Below the pieces are notes generated by a model, which was not told where the DNA came from, did not search any database, and saw only the letters and a list, made by a program, of their open reading frames with translations. A stretch of DNA of 64,000 bases from Alphaproteobacteria bacterium (lineage in GTDB: Bacteria > Pseudomonadota > Alphaproteobacteria > Micavibrionales > UBA2020). The position numbers were made by a program, and so were the translations under genes. Below, in pieces: positions 63,215 through 64,000 of the stretch; position 1 is the first letter of the stretch; every line of letters starts with the position of its first letter. The stretch covers positions 909,043 to 973,042 of the forward strand of contig JAICWS010000002.1 in the NCBI GenBank assembly GCA_025934695.1, read 5' to 3'.

Positions 63215-64000
63215 TTATTTGCCTGGAGACGGAACTGCGCCGACGCCCGTTCCCGGGATCGGGCCCGGAACGTTCGGGCGGCCGAGCTGGTCATTCACAT
63301 GCAGAAGCTGCAGGTAGTAGAGTTCGACGGCTTCCTGCCCCGTGAGACCGGCGGCCTTGAACCGGTTGATAGCTTCGAGCGAGACTTCGGTCTGCTTGTC
63401 CGTGATGGCTTTGGCCATGTCGGCGACCTGGCCCTGAGTTTCCAGCAGGGTCTTTTTGCGCTCTTCCTTCACGATCTGCTCGAGCATGTCGTTGGCGTCT
63501 TTCGAGAGGCCGACGCCGCTCGGGATCACGTCGAGAATGCGGATGTAGGTATAGCCGTGATCGTCGAGATAGCCCTGCAGCTTGGTCTTGATGTCATTGC
63601 CGATCTTGGGCTGGTTCTTGTTGACGTCCAGGACGGGGATCTGCTGATACACGTCGATGGCGGCCGGGATGACGTAGTTGTTAATGAAAGGCTTGATGTC
63701 CTCGATGCTGTTGACCTTCAGTTCGGTATAGGCCTTGTCGAAGTTCTTGTCGTTGTTGTCGATGCGGAAGTGGACTTCGAAATTGCCGTAGATGCGGCTG
63801 TTTTCCTTGGTGCGGATCGTGACGGCGTCAGTGTCGCCGGCGTGGACGCTGGTTTTTTCCAGCGTCGTGGGCAGCGTCAGGTAATGCACCCCGGGGCGCC
63901 ACCAGTCCATCTTGACACCGGGCTGGACATGGGCGTCGGTCAGCTGGCCCTGGCTGATGCGCATTGCCGCTTCCTGCTGGGTGACGCGGGGGGCGACCAT
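63215..64000 (-). CDS. SPFH/Band-7-like protein, C-terminal part (N-terminus lies beyond the window edge)
   Basis: The open frame runs to the window end. The alternating beta/alpha core followed by a long helix (EQIVKEERKKTLLETQGQVADMAKAITDKQTE) resembles prohibitin-type folds. Confidence 0.5.
   Translation of the reverse strand: MVAPRVTQQEAAMRISQGQLTDAHVQPGVKMDWWRPGVHYLTLPTTLEKTSVHAGDTDAVTIRTKENSRIYGNFEVHFRIDNNDKNFDKAYTELKVNSIEDIKPFINNYVIPAAIDVYQQIPVLDVNKNQPKIGNDIKTKLQGYLDDHGYTYIRILDVIPSGVGLSKDANDMLEQIVKEERKKTLLETQGQVADMAKAITDKQTEVSLEAINRFKAAGLTGQEAVELYYLQLLHVNDQLGRPNVPGPIPGTGVGAVPSPGK

Overview
High-GC, gene-dense chromosomal segment, probably alphaproteobacterial. The taxon call is an inference from lysA next to a TIGR02302-type low-complexity protein, a CpdR-like receiver, a SigF/NrsF-type pair, ftsEX and secA-parvulin synteny. 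I support about 60 CDS, including three small ORFs below the ORF-track cutoff. I saw no tRNA, rRNA, CRISPR array, transposase or integrase. Housekeeping genes: glpK, glpD, secA, hisC, lysA, ftsE, ftsX, dnaQ, mutT, plsC, rluD, leucine-type dehydrogenase, acetoacetyl-CoA synthetase. Four things deserve a second look. (1) 16.8-20.7 kb holds a compact minus-strand cluster: ECF sigma, NrsF-type anti-sigma, an 89-aa four-Cys signal-peptide precursor (DUF2282-like), DoxX, a DUF692/MNIO enzyme and its DUF2063 partner. This is a bufferin/gig-type RiPP metallophore locus in a variant layout, followed by an orphan zeta-toxin-like kinase. (2) 1.4-12.6 kb holds a type I secretion operon (TolC, ABC, HlyD) whose fourth, tightly packed gene is a CHASE2 class III nucleotide cyclase. 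It converges on an 854-aa FecR-domain, Thr-rich, RTX-like putative substrate and a cNMP-binding EAL phosphodiesterase. Together they suggest a secretion-linked cNMP to c-di-GMP circuit. (3) A low-GC 588-aa polytopic membrane protein of unknown family is wedged between glpD and glpK. (4) Several intergenic repeat families (one brackets the dehydrogenase gene), a 33-bp in-frame tandem repeat, a promoter/palindrome shared by two unrelated genes, an Asp-less receiver, and eukaryote-like ANK and LRR-like repeat proteins. All calls rest on reading the sequence and ORF translations by eye. No database search was run.
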